Part shown: positions 11,670-25,700 of the stretch, one piece after another
How positions within the stretch are numbered: the stretch's first letter is position 1
How the letters are laid out: every line of letters begins with the position of its first letter
From: Trichinella spiralis
Taxonomy: Eukaryota
NCBI RefSeq assembly: GCF_000181795.1
Contig: NW_003526944.1
Location: 4,195,754 to 4,259,753, forward strand
Reading direction: 5' to 3'
Length of the DNA stretch: 64,000 nt
Notes under the pieces: model-generated
The model's input: the letters and a program-made list of their open reading frames with translations, nothing else
What the model was told of the DNA's origin: nothing
Databases searched by the model: none
Translations under genes and position numbers: made by a program

Positions 11670-14600
11670 CAATGTATAGCATGAAAAGTGACAAACCAAA
11701 ATAGGACATTCAACTTACATGTGGGTGTTGGCCGTGTTGGCATACCCATCGGAGATGGATGCTGCAATGTTGTTGGAGTCGGTGGCTGCTGTTGTTGTTG
11801 CTGATGATGATGATGATGTTGATGGTGATGTTGATGCTGTTGCTGTTGTTGCTGCTGTTGTTGTTGTGAAATATCTCCAGAAACAGATAGCATAGATGGT
11901 GGTGACATCAGCATTTCCATTGGACACCCACCGTTCGCCACCGTGCGCACAGACTGCACACTGGTGATAGAGGATGCGGTATCGTTTGCTAGAAGCATAT
12001 TGAGCTTCTCATCGGATGTATCCGTTTGTGATCCGAAAATGACACTTCCGTTCTTTTGTTTCGCTTTTTGGCTCCTTCTCAGATGAATCTGACGAGCCAT
12101 CACCGAGCGACGTTGAGTAACAAGTTGGCACTGTATACACATCCATTTTTAAAAAGTTTAAAATAAATAAAAAAAAAATAAACATACTTTATAGCACGCA
12201 CACTCCTGATATGGGCAAACTTTTTTGTGACCTTTCAAAGGTGGTGGTTCCATGTGTCGTGCATGTACACCGCATCTTGCGCATTTTGGATTTCGTGATT
12301 TCCCTAGAACGAGAAAATTATTTTCACTATAGCTATTACAAAATTTGTGCATGAAATTATTAAAAAGTTGAATTAATATCAATGAAGATATAAGAGGAAT
12401 GAAAACAGTCTACACAATACGACAAGGCAAATATCAACGAAATACAATAAAGTGAACATTTTCATTTAACCTACTATACACAACATGTTAGCAATATTCT
12501 CTTCAGCAAACAATAAGAAAATCATTTCGTGCGTGCTAAATCAAATAGTTTCCATTCACTTATGCAAATAAAATTATTTCTTATTTAAAAATAAAATAGA
12601 ATTAAGCTATAAAAAAGAAAGATCTTGAAAGTCTTCAACAATATATATACATATATATGTATTTGAAAATGATTACTTAAATAACATTATAATAATTTTT
12701 TAATAAATAAATAATTTGCTGCTATTGAGAATTTTTGTTTCAATTTTGATTTAAAAATGACGATAATAAATAAAAAAGTTTTTCTTTGACTTCGAGTAAA
12801 AATCAGCAATTAGAAGCTACTACTGCTCTACTCCACCACTGCAAAGCCAGATGCCGCGGCTTTGAGTATGATTTATAAAAGTTTGCAGCATCAATATTCG
12901 AATGGCAACAATTTGACAGTTTCGAGAAAAGAATTATAGAAAAAGTGAACACGCCTTAAAATCTGCCTGCCTCGCATCTTATTCTCTCATTGTAATGCTT
13001 GTCGTATATCACACACACACACTTTGCCTGAGGGGGAAAGAGGGGTAGAGGGAGGGAGGGAGGTTATATTATTATTCATTTTTTTGGCTTTGTCAGCCCA
13101 ATTATCCCTGAAATATCCAACCCAACCATGTGGAAAAGTTGCAACAACTGAACGGCTAGCCGCAAAAAGCGTTGCACAGAGAATAATTTTAAAAATTGAT
13201 TTCAAATGTGCTCTTGTCAGCTCTTTGCAATTTTTTTTTCTCCCAAATTTCACATCTGAATTTTACGACGTGAATTTGGAACTTTTTTGTCCATTTTTCA
13301 AAAACACACGCGAACTCTATATTTAAATTTCGGACGTCAAAAATCAGCCGAGCTAATTCTGAATTCGAAGAAGAAACAAAAGCTAAGATGAAGCAGAAAA
13401 AAAAAGAAAAACACATACACAACAACAACAACAATAACACATGTGTGATAAATTGAAGCTGAAAAATTGCAACATGCAAATTTTTTTTTGATACATGAGC
13501 TGCTTGCTTGGTTGAATATACAAAACGTGAAGAAGAAGAAGAAATAATCAGAATAAAAGAATGAGAATAAATTTCAATATATTTTAAGCGAAATCAAATT
13601 CTACAGTATATCGAAGATAAAATCAAAACACGGTGGTTAAAAAAAATGCCTTTTTTTTCTTCTTTTTCTGCAACAGTAAACAAAATGTAAAAAAAATACA
13701 ATTCAATAAAAAAGGAAAAAAAATAAAAACGAAAAAAGTATGCTTTTCACAGTTTGAAAATTTGAAATAAAAAAAAAGCTTTGAACAAAAATTTGAAATG
13801 AAACAATACTTTTGGAAATGATCATTTTTGCAATGGACATAAAAATTTATGAATTTCAAAAAAAAAATTCCGTTCACCAATTCACAGCAGTATTGGCCCA
13901 GTGGACTACTAAATTTAATTTTGTACATATTTAAAAAATTTGTACAATTATGTATATTTATATATATTGTCAAGTGATACTTTTTATATATAAATGAATA
14001 AATGTTTGATTGTATATAAAATTTATTATGATCATACAAAAAGTTCAAGATTTTCCCATTTATCCGCCTATTGTTGTCGGGATTTTGTTCTCAGAAAATG
14101 AATAAATTCAAAGAGAAATTGAAAAATATTTTGAGAGTGAATAATTATCATTGCCAGTAGAGCCGACGGCATTTCAATTGGAAAGTTCAACAATTTAAAT
14201 AATAAATCAAAAGAGAAGAGATGAAGAAAAGCATGTGTCAAAGAAAAGAGAACAGCAGCAACTTCTTGGAAGCCGAAATGAAAAGAGAACGCCGAAATTG
14301 AACACAAAATGATGCTAATCGAATTGTGCACGTTGCAACAAAATAATTTGAAAATTGTCATTAATTTAAATTCAGAGATCGGGTGATTTTGTGATGAATA
14401 TATAAAATATGCGGATTGATGTGAAAGATCAAAAAAAAATTTAAACCTAACTAACGAAAGCATCGTTGATATGAACTACTATTACGGCTTTGGGTTTTTC
14501 GAAATTTCCTGAAGGGAAATTTTCTCACAAATAGATCAGAAAATGAAAAATGTTAGCCCAACTGACGCATTGTCACCAACCATATATCCAAATAAATGTA

Positions 14601-16743
14601 CTTTTAGCCGTAGTTTAAAAATAAATTACTACCATCATTTTGTTGTTATTAATCTGTGCCCATTTATTGAAAAAGCTTTAAAGTGTATATATATGAAGAA
14701 GAAGAAGCTAAAAGTGGCGTGCGAAAAATCTCCTACTTTTATTTCTCGCTATACAACTACTATTTTATTTAATGCTATATTGCAACACAACTGCTGCTGC
14801 TGCTTCTGCTTTTGCTGTTGTTGTTGCTGCTGCTGCTGTTGCATCGAATCTTTCTCGTGATGAGAAAAAAAAAAGAGAACAAAAGAAAAAAAAAGCTTCA
14901 CCAAATGAATACCAAACTGCTGCTGCTGCTCAAAATTCTGATAACATTACACAAAAGTTAAGAAAATGTTTCTTTTCAAAAATGATTTTTTAAATTTAAA
15001 ATAAAGAAAAAAAACATCTGCCTTCTCAGAATAATTTTCCATCAATTTATTATGCAGATCGTATTTTTATAAGTTGAAAATGTTAATTAGCTGTTTAAAT
15101 AATATCGAATCAGAAATTGAAAAAAAAAGAGTAAATAAAATTATTAAACCAAATTTTACACATACATCACCTTTGCATAGAGACCTCGTTTAAATTAAAT
15201 CGTTTGTTTAAATTGGAAACAATTACAGCAATAATTTTGTCATTTGAAAATAAAAAAGATCAATACTGAAAATTTAAACAATAATCTTTCGCTAAACCTA
15301 GTTGGAAAAGTTTCGGACATTTGTTTTAAAATTCCACTTTATACTTTTCACAATTTCGGTACATTGTAAAATTGAAACATTACATTAAACAACAACAGCT
15401 ACTACTGCTACTATTACTGTTATCATCCATTGTGTCATTTCGAACAAAAATAATGTTTATAAAAACAAAAATGTTTAAAAAAAACTTATCATCTAAATCT
15501 CACAAACACATTGCAATGCTTTTGCTCTTCAACAGTGAAAATGTTTAAAAAAAATCTCGTTTTGGATTATTGTAATTTTGAAGAAAATTTCTGAGAAAGT
15601 TTTGAAGAAAACTTCTAGGAAACAAACGTAAACTATATACAATTGTTGATATTCATACATGTGTCATGTATAATTAATCTCTGCCAAATGTGCATGCAGT
15701 ACACATAATTGAACAATGGACGAACGAAACTTCTCAAAGAAAGCGCCTTACTCTGTATTATATAAAACTCTAAACTGGAGCAAAGAATTATATTCTATTT
15801 TTGATAAAATTTAAAAACTTTCAATAATTACAACAAAAGTGGTGATGGAGTTTGGAAAAAACATTTTAAACATGCATGTTATAAATATATATTTGAATAA
15901 ATTGAACAAAACAGCAAATTCAATTGCAAAATTAAATGAAGAAAAAACTGAAACAATTGTGACAAGTTTCGATTTAGCAAAATTACATAAAAAAGTTTCA
16001 GTTATTAAAAATATATGCTATGAAGAATCAGAATTGCAATGCAAATCTGATCCAATACACAGCACAGTTTGGCCACGTCAGCGTTGCTTCTCTTTTACAG
16101 GTTGGTTATTCTCGTTCGACAAGATGAATGTGACAATAAAAAATTAAATATTACATTTTTTCCCAATTATTGCCATTATTATCATTGTTGACGTCAATTA
16201 TACACATTCACAACGTATATGCAAACAATACTCAGTGTGATTTGGAAAAGTGAGTAAGTAAAAAGCTAACTATCAATATGGCAGCTATGAAGCACCCACA
16301 TTGTTCTTGTTATAATAAGAATAATCGAACTGCTTACTTTTGTGGGTGATTCGACCTGCCGCTTCACGGTCACTACCGTTTGATGAAGAGGATGAAGAAC
16401 CAGGCTGTTGGGAGCGTTCACATTCGCTGTTGATTTCCCGATTAAGCATCTTGCGCCGTTCGACCAGCACGCACTGTACGCAAGTGCAACTGGCCCATTC
16501 GCAGAAACGTTTGTGCCCTTTTCTGGCAACCTCCTTGCCATGATTCAAGCAACGCTGACAATGGTAAGTACGCATTGGAGCTTTGACAGCCGGACGTTGG
16601 ATGGGCGATGCGGGCGTGGTCATCAGCGCCGGCTGGGGCGGCGGAGCCGGCGCCTTGAAGTCGATCATCGTTGGGGTGGTGGTGGTGGTTGCCGTGGGAC
16701 CGGCGGCGACAATCGACTGATCATAATGACAACGAGGTTCCAT
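10055..16743 (-). CDS. mab-3: Doublesex/MAB-3 family transcription factor with two tandem DM zinc domains (mab-3 type), about 473 aa
   Basis: Exons 16743-16338, 12303-12188, 12130-11719, 11153-11061 and 10449-10055, with consistent phases. DM1 RTYHCQRCLNHGKEVARKGHKRFCEWASCTCVQCVLVERR and DM2 RNPKCARCGVH..LKGHKKVCPYQECACYKCQLVTQRRSVMARQIHLRRSQ resemble C. elegans MAB-3 DM1 (YYCQRCLNHG) and DM2 (CARC..QIKLRRSQ). The first in-frame ATG is 16743, but the frame is open to 16932 with a possible acceptor at 16924, so an upstream exon may exist. The last two exons are less certain. Confidence 0.85.
11262..11329. repeat. Compound (CATA)n-(TA)n microsatellite ending at an assembly gap
   Basis: Seen directly; runs into the Ns at 11330. 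Confidence 0.95.
11330..11339. other. Assembly gap (10 N)
   Basis: N run in the sequence. Confidence 1.
11340..11937. repeat. Degenerate inverted repeat (arms of about 275 bp) centred on (AT)n at 11617-11664
   Basis: 11340-11616 (+) is a noisy copy of the reverse complement of 11665-11937. Examples: ccatctatgctatctgt, catccatctccgatg-gtatgcc and atgtaag-tg-atgtcctatttt. Confidence 0.9.
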
Positions 16744-19700
16744 GCTAATTCGGCCACTGCCCCGGTCGGTATTGTTGCCTTCGACAACGTATGGCAAAGT
16801 ACCGTCGGACGTGAAAAATGCGAAACTGGCCGCCGCCGCAGCCGCAGCCGCAGCCGCCGCCTGACGCCCACAGGCTTGTTGGCCAAAGAACAACGGCGAA
16901 CTCGACGTCGAAGACACGGTTAGCTGTTGTATTCAGCTTCACCACAGCGGGATGTGGAAAAGTTGGAGATAGAAAAAAAAATTGACCAGACCCACGACCG
17001 GCGCTAATATGTCAGCACTGGATACCAGGCACACAACGCACAAGAGCAGACAACAGACAACAGCACGGTCACCGTCAAACTGCGAGAATGGTGAAGGCTA
17101 GAAAAAAAAAGCAAGCAAGAAAATGATAAAAATCACCACCTATCCCACCACGACCGCGGATCCAAACAGACGCGACTTGGAGGAAATTTCATTGGTCAAC
17201 GAAATTGATTGGTTGGATCAACATTTTTCAACCGTATGGCCAGGCGGGCAACGAGCGAACAGCGACTGTTCTCAATCACCCTCTCTCCCTCTGTCGCTCG
17301 ATCTCTGACCAGGCGAACTAACACAAATATATACGACCACGTCGACGTCAATTGGCAAATATCTTTCTCACCTATGGATTGTCCACTGACGGCTGGCCAA
17401 ATTTTGCCATTATTACAAATGAATTATTTTATACAATAATAATCTGCATACACACACGTATACATACATATATATATGTGTGTAGGTAGATATGATTGAT
17501 TGATTGTAAAGAAATCGAGAAAATTTACAATTCAAACAACCATTTTAAAAACGCTACATCGAATCTATATATATACTCGACGTCGACTATTATTATTATT
17601 AGTAGTATTAGTATTCGTTGCGCCGAATGAATCACAGACAATCTGTATGCAATTTGCGTTCCACATATGGCAAACACACACAACATACCAAAGCTTAAAA
17701 ATTGAAAACACTGATAAAGAAAAACCAGATTCTCCAACTGACATTCAATATGCTGCACATTCAATTGAAGAAACAAATTCAGTCGAAGCTGCGATTATAA
17801 AAAAAAATATTTTTTAAATTACAGAACAATGATTGTTGTTGAATTAATCGTTGAAATTAGCATGTCTGTGCTCGTGTGATCAGGGTGGTAGTGTATGAAT
17901 AAATGAAGAAATGATTTTCTGAAATAAATAAATGAATGTGATAATTTCAAAATTTACAACGAATAAAAAAAAAGAAGATATACCTGGCAAATAAGATGCA
18001 TTACGTGCAACGTGAAACGATGAACCAATCATCTAGAAAATACATTATGCAGAATGAAATTTTCGAATGCTACCATTGAAGAAAAAGAGTTTTATGCAAA
18101 TTTGAAAATACAAAAAATGAACAACACGACAAGTGTACATTTTGTAATATTGATGCTTTCCCACGGTTTGAATGCCGCTTGCCTGGGAAGGCGGCAGACG
18201 TTACGCGTGTGCGTGTGCATTTGAATTAATTTTCTGTTGATTTTGACGTCAATGAACGCACTAATTAAAGAAAGCAGTGGAGATTGAAAACGAGACTGAG
18301 AAAAAGAGGGAAAATGAAGAGAAACAGAGAAAGAGGGAGAGAGAGAGAAATACAAAGAATGAACGATGCATAATTTCACATCAATATGTGCAAATAATGC
18401 TTTTTTCAGCATCAAACGAACAAAAACAAAAAGTAAATAAAATTTGAAATTGCTTTGCAAAAGATAATTGAAAAAAAATACTCAACAAGTATTTAAATCA
18501 AATAAATTAATAACAAGATTGTTGAAATGGACAACGCACATATATATATATTCCTAATACAGTTGCTGGTGAATTTGAACATTTTGCTCCAGTTAATACA
18601 CGCGGACATGTGTGAAGCGTCTCAAATCACATTATTTATTGTTTAATTATTTTTTCAACGGAAATTCCTTTCTTGTTTTTTTTAAATCAATACAGACGTA
18701 CAAATATTACAGCAGCAGTGTATTAGTTGTGTGTATGTGTGTGTGTGTGTGGAAAAAGAAATATATTCATCAGCTTTCACATGTACACGAATACATTATT
18801 AGCTGAATATACAAAATATATCCATAGGTTGGGATGATGAAAAATAAAAAAAGAAAAAGCAAACACTGAATGAGATTTGGGAAAATGTTTGTGCTGGTCG
18901 TTTATGCTTTTCATACGCTTGTCGATTGGATTGCTGCAGCAAATTTTAATTGTTTCTCTTTTTCTCTGTTGCTATTATTGCTAAAGCTATGCTATATCTT
19001 AATCGAAATGTTCAATTTAATCAACATCACCACTCAGTATACATATGGATGTACAAAAATACATACATATATATTTGTGTGTGTGTGCAGACACGTAGGA
19101 GTGTATAATTTAATAAAGAGGCAATTTTTTTTCATTTTTCAAATGTGAAACAAAAAACCTAGAAGAAAATTAAACTGGATGTTGAAACAATAATTGTTTT
19201 CCTTCTTCTTCCAATAAAGTTGACCAACAATTGGATTAAATTTGTAAATTGAACACAATAGCTGGGAAAATTGTTCGAACAAAAATTGTAAAGTGAGAAA
19301 TTTTTTCCCCTTTTCACCAAATTTACATAATAAAGCTCGAACGAATGAATGAATGAATGGAAAATGTATCAATCAATTTCCAGTGCAAGAGAAAGAGATG
19401 AAGCTTAAAAATAGTATGAAATTGTTGTTGATGCTGTGATTGCTTGGAAAAATTTTACATTTTTTTTGTTGTTATCTCCAAAAAAGAAAAGTCAAAAATA
19501 AATAAACACATAACCTGACTAGTGAACGGTTGCTAAATTTAGCTTTTCAGATAAATGGAAAAAGGGCCGTTGTGTAGAAGAGGAAGAGAAGGATGTAAAG
19601 AGAGGGGGGGGGAGTGAGGGAGGGGAAGGTGAAGAGGAGAAGATGGAGGAGGTTGAAAATGCAACTTTTCACTTGACGACGCTTTCAAAGAGCAGCCAAC

Positions 19701-22700
19701 TGCATGCACTTCCATAAATCTCACAAAATTCCACTATTTTCCGCATTCAACGCGTGTGTTATACTGTTGTAAAATATATTTTCCTTGGAAAAAGCAAAGA
19801 AATGCGTCAGTTGACTCTTTAAGTAGAAAAAGTTTAAATTCAGATTTCCAACTGGAAACAATTTTCCTTTGCTTTATACATCTTTAAATATAAATATAAA
19901 TATAAATTTGTGGGTGTGTGGTGTTGTGTGATTTTTTTTTTCTATCACACGCAAAATGTAATTGAAAATCTATTTTTGAATTTTTTTCATTGTTTCCATT
20001 CAACATTGTCACGGTTGAATGGGATGGGAAAAACTTGGATAAGAAAGCAAGAAAGAAAAAAAAAACAACAACAACAAAAATAGCAGCACTGCTAGCTAAC
20101 ATTCATTACATTTGAAGCCTGTTGTAAACTTACCATGCAACATTTTGATGCTTTTCTGAAACTTGCGTTTGAAAAAGTGGCAATTTTTGAAACAACAACC
20201 AACTGAACACATTTTATTATTAATAAAATAGTTGAAAAGTAGCATCTGCAAAAATTTGGGATGCAATTTTTTGAAATTATTATTATTCGATCCAAAATTT
20301 GAAATCAAACTGTTTAAACTACACATAAATCGACAATATTCATATTTAAAAAAATAAAAAAAAAGCTTTTTTTGTTTTTTTCAACCAGTATTTTCAACTT
20401 CCAGAAACAGAAACGAACAAGCAATTGAAACTGGCAATTAATTAACATTTTGATTATTTTTGTTTATTCAAAAAAAGGAACAGATGAATTTTTGTTGAAA
20501 TTTAAAAATTAAAATTTTTATTAATATCATCAGTAGAATAAATTTCTTGAATAAATTATAAACAAATCATGCTTTGCTTTGCTTTTTGATTAACCATACA
20601 GCTTGTTAATTATTATCATCAAAACGGAAAACAAGCGTCTACAATTTTTGAACATGCTAAACTGGTTATGATAGAATTTATGAAAATTTCAACTGTGTAA
20701 TTCAAATCGACAACTGAACAATAATATTCTAAAATTTTTTGTCATAAATATAATGAAATATAAAAAATTATCGTTGTAATTTATCTTATCTTATGTTGGT
20801 AGTAAAAATTATTTTCCATTACAGAATATGAATAATACAGCAATTTCACAACTACCTGATAAGATTTTTTTTTCAAAACTTCAGAAAAATATAAAAAAGC
20901 ATCAATTTTATACATTTGACAGCTGTCATTATGAAAAGGTGATGTACAAGAAGAGAATGCACGGTTCAGGAACAAGTTCAAAATACTACAAGCACAACTG
21001 CCACTTATAAAGCTGTTTTTGCTTTCAATGAATAAAAAATCCAAAAAAATTATATTCATATGATAATAATTTGATGAATTTTTATGAATAAAGAGAAACA
21101 ATGGTGAAGTGGAAAATTGTTGATGGTCATGGAAAAAAAAAAGCAAAATAGAGTTTTGCAACAAAACACACAACAGATAATGCAGATAAATGATGGAGAA
21201 TTTTTCATAAATTTCTTTTTAAAATTAGATGCAATTTCGAATTCTAATTACAACGACAATTATCATGATCGCTGTCGACATAAATACAACGATAAATAAC
21301 AATGAATGGTTGTTTTTCTCTTTATTTAAATTTCAATCGCAATTGTCTGCTTTTCATTTGAACATTAAGAGAGAAAGAGAGGAAGAGAAAGATGAGAAAT
21401 TATTCAAATTTTTAATTAATCATTGAATGATGATTTGTGGAAATGAGCCTGAAGACAGAGAAACAAATAATGATCGCCAAAGGAAGTGAAAAGATATAAA
21501 AGACTTGTTTCGGCGCAAAAATGATCTATATCTAGCCGCTTCGACCTTCTTTATTTGCTTAAAATGAAACAAACTTTGACATGCAGAAGTGAAAAATCAG
21601 CCATCAACACCGCATTCGAATTTAAATGAATAAATATTTAATAAATTTTTAATGATCAAAAATTGTAAACTGCGACATTGTTCAATTTTTTATAACAAGT
21701 TATTTTCACATTTACACCAAATTATTTTCCATGAATATATATATATATATATTTATAGATGAAAGCGTGTAATCAAAGGGAAAATCAAAAATTGTTAATT
21801 TGCCGCCGTTGACAAAGATGGATAAGATGAAGAAATAAAAAATTAGCAGTCAAAATGCGGTGCTGTCAACGACGACGCTTCTTCCCTTTCTCAGTCAGTC
21901 AAGACAAGTCAAGTCACATCAACGCCCTTCATTTCCGCCCGAATGATCCAAATTTTATTGAAAAAAAAGAACACGACAAAATTTGTTAAATTTTAAAGTA
22001 TATGTTAATTTAAAATTTAAATAAATAAATATTTATTTAAAAGAAAAACATACATTTTGATTTTTCTTAAAAAAATCATATATGGAGTGAGAGAGGAGAA
22101 GGAATAGAATGATTTTTATGTTATTGAATTCTCGACCCAGACAAGACAATTTCTTTGGGTATTGTTTAATCAAAAATTTAATTATCAGTTACATGACCAT
22201 TACGGAACCATAGGAGCGAGCCGCTTTGGATCCAGATGAATTGATTTGATGATGATCATTTGAAAATATTCATACACACACACACACACACACAGAGCAC
22301 ATACAGTGAGGAGAAAAAAATTTTTCATTAAATTCAAACCAGGTAATATTTTTGATAAGCATAATAAAAATTGTTTACAACAACAAAATTAATATCCCAA
22401 ATTTATGAATAAAAATATAAAATACTTACTTGACAATATTATTTAAATATGGAAAAACGACACCACACAGAGACAAACATGTATCGCTTCTGTTGTTCAA
22501 AAACATGGAAAAAGCAAGCAGACTGAGAGAGAGAGAGAAAAAAAAAATTTTAGCTTCCAATTTAGCATTTCTTCCAACATGCGGTTACTTTTTCTTCTTG
22601 CTTTGTTATTTTTTCATTTTTTTGCTATTTTGCTATTGAAGAAGAAGCATCTGCATCAGAAGCAGGTAAGCAAGTTGGTTGGTCGATCATCATGCATGTC

Positions 22701-25700
22701 TGCTGCTCTCCTCTGCTCAATTCAGATGATGATGGCAGCTACTAAACTACTACCACGATCGTTCTGCTAACGACAAGGTAAGCATGCGATAAGCTGCTTA
22801 TCGCATAAACCGTAAGCTGACAGGGTGCAAGAAGTGCAAACAGAGAAAGAAGTCAGCAAGTGTGATTTTTCAAACCATACTGGCAACAAACAATAAACAG
22901 CATACTCAAACATAATTATTTCTCACACACACAATTTCATACAATACCCAAAAAATGATACATACATATTTATATATATATACACCTCATCCAGTGATGG
23001 TAAGCAAAATTGAAAAAACACTACACCACTTCCAGTAAATTTATGCAAATTTTTTAAAAAGATTACTGTAAAATCCAAAAAGAAAAAAACGTGATTTTAA
23101 ATAATTTATTGTTCTTTCTTCACAAAATTAATATTTCAATTATATCAATAATTACAAAGAAAAATTTACAAGCAAAATTTCCCACTATTCTTTTTTCACC
23201 TTCTCCCAACCGACTCTACACCGTCTGCGCTGTTGTGTCCAATTTTGTTTACCGAAACCCAATCATTTTTCCACCACTCTGTACTTAAAAGCGTTACAAC
23301 TGTCACAGAACGCTCAATTGTTTATTCAAAACAAAATTTCATATTTCAATTATACGTTTTTTCACTTTATTAATTATGTAAATGGGAGAAAAAAAACTTA
23401 CAATTTCACGCGCATGCTATTCTTCTTTAATATTTTCATTTTCTTTATGTATACTTTTTTTTTTAATTAATATGAAATCGGCTTTCTCTTTTTTCTCTTA
23501 TACTGGATAAGATCATATTTGAAAAAAAGAAAAGAAAATCCTAATCACTACTCATATTTCATTCGAACAGTTATTTGAAATCAATTTTCGCCAATTTAAT
23601 AATATAATTTACAACACAGTATCGGTTAATTTTCATAATTGAAAAAACAGAAAAATACAGTTTCATTTTGAATCAAACACTGCTACTATCGGAAAAAAAA
23701 ATTTACATAAATTTGAAAAGTCTCAGATAAGATAGGGGATGTTTTTTTCTTTTCTTTTCATGTAATTTTTTTTCTTGAAAAATTTTCTCATTTAACTTTC
23801 AATATCAAAATGATTTTTTATCAGTAAAAATGTTTTCATTCCACCGATTTCATTGTCAATATAATTAAACAGTACGAACAAAAAAAAAACAAATGAAAAT
23901 TAAACTGATAATAGTTCAACATTTATTCTGCACAGACGATCCGTGGAATAAATAAGTTATTAGTTGTTGTTTTTTTCCATCATTTCAATTTGCATAAATT
24001 GTAGGAGCAAAATGAGATGAAGACCCTGGTGAAATGAAATGCAATACTGGAAAGGAGGAGAATGAAAAGAGACGAAAAAAAAAGAAAAGAGAAAGGCAAA
24101 ATACCTTTGTTGAGTTTGAAAAACAATATTTTTTTCAATTCAAAGCTATATTCATTAGCTAATGTTTTTTTAGCATCAGCTATTCTCCACCTAGCGCATC
24201 TCATTTATTCAAAAATGAAAAATCAATAGCAAAAAATCAGCAAAAATCAATTGCAAGCAGCAGGCATGGATGAGATGAAAGTTACAAAAAAAGAAGAAGA
24301 AGAACCGACCGATCGACAACTGAATTTGCTGTTGTTGATCAGCAGAATTTGAAAAAATCAAAAAATTATAATAACTGCACTTATACATTTTGACCGTTGT
24401 TTCGAGAATGAAAAAAACATAAAAGCAAAATTTGACAAATGATATGAATGAGAATAAAATATAATTTTAAAAAAATAAAAAAAACCGACCAAAAAGCAAG
24501 CCGTCTAGAAAACAAACGACGCAGTTGTGTTCACTTGACATCTTTCCAGACAATTCAACCGTGAGGGTAATAAATTTCCCATCTTACACAGACACACACA
24601 CACAGCAATATATAAATATACACCAGCCACCACCACCCTTTTGGTTTTCTTCTTCTCCTCTTTTTATTTCAATAAATGAAAAGTTTTCATATTTAACAAT
24701 AACAACAAAATATAAACAAATACGGTTTGTTTTTTTTCCACTCGACAGTATTCCAATAACATAAAACAAAAGAAGGAAAAGATTACTGTATTTTTGTTTT
24801 TTGTTTTTTATGTATTCGAAAAAAAATTATATGTATATATATATATATCAATGTATATTGATTATTGATATGCCGCAAAGTTGAAAACATTTCAAACACG
24901 CAGCAGACGAGGCAAAAAAAACAACGATCAAAAATTATTGCTACGCATACTATGTGGAAAATCATCTAGAAAAAAATTGAAAATCACCAAATTGTTATCC
25001 AAAATCGAACTTCTATACAATTGGTTAGTTTGATTGGGCCGGTTGATCAATAAATGAATAAATAAAACGAGGCAATTTGCTTGGAATGGAAAAGTTTTGA
25101 TGGTCAGTTGGAGAAAGAAAAGATTTTCGATTCGACAAATTAATGTGCAATCAAATTGGTCACCGGCGGCAATTGGAGGGGGGGGAGATCGTCGATCACG
25201 TTTGGTCAAAAGTTGGTACGGTGCAATTTCAAAAATTCCCAACGTCAAAAAAGCAAAATACACAACTTCATCATCCAACATATCTTGCAATTGATAAATT
25301 TAAATTTGTTTGTTTTGAGATTTTCACAACGTTGATATTTTGCCACAATTGCATGAAGCGATTCAACTGATGTTTGGGTCAATTTCAAATCATAAATTGT
25401 ACACGGTAGATATTCAATTCAAAAGTGAATTAATTTTACGATATCAATTGAAAAAGGACAAAAAAATTGAAAATATTATTCGAAAAATTGAACAACCAAA
25501 ATTGTGAAGAAAAACCGTATGAAATTTCGTATGAGAAGAAAAACCAAACAGAAAAAAAAAGCATATTATTATCTATTCCAGCATTTTGAAATAAATAAAT
25601 CATTGGAAAAGTGCAAACATCACCGATAACGTGAAACTTTTTGTCTGATCAAGGTAGTGAGAAGAATCAACATGGAACAGAAGAAATCAATAACAGTTTC

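Noticed and set aside
11114..11709. Several ORFs rich in YI/HTYI/VCMY repeats
   Set aside because: They are translations of the (CATA)n/(TA)n microsatellites and the fold-back arm, and most span an N gap.
16408..16923. 171-aa + strand ORF
   Set aside because: Antisense to the GC-rich mab-3 exon 1.
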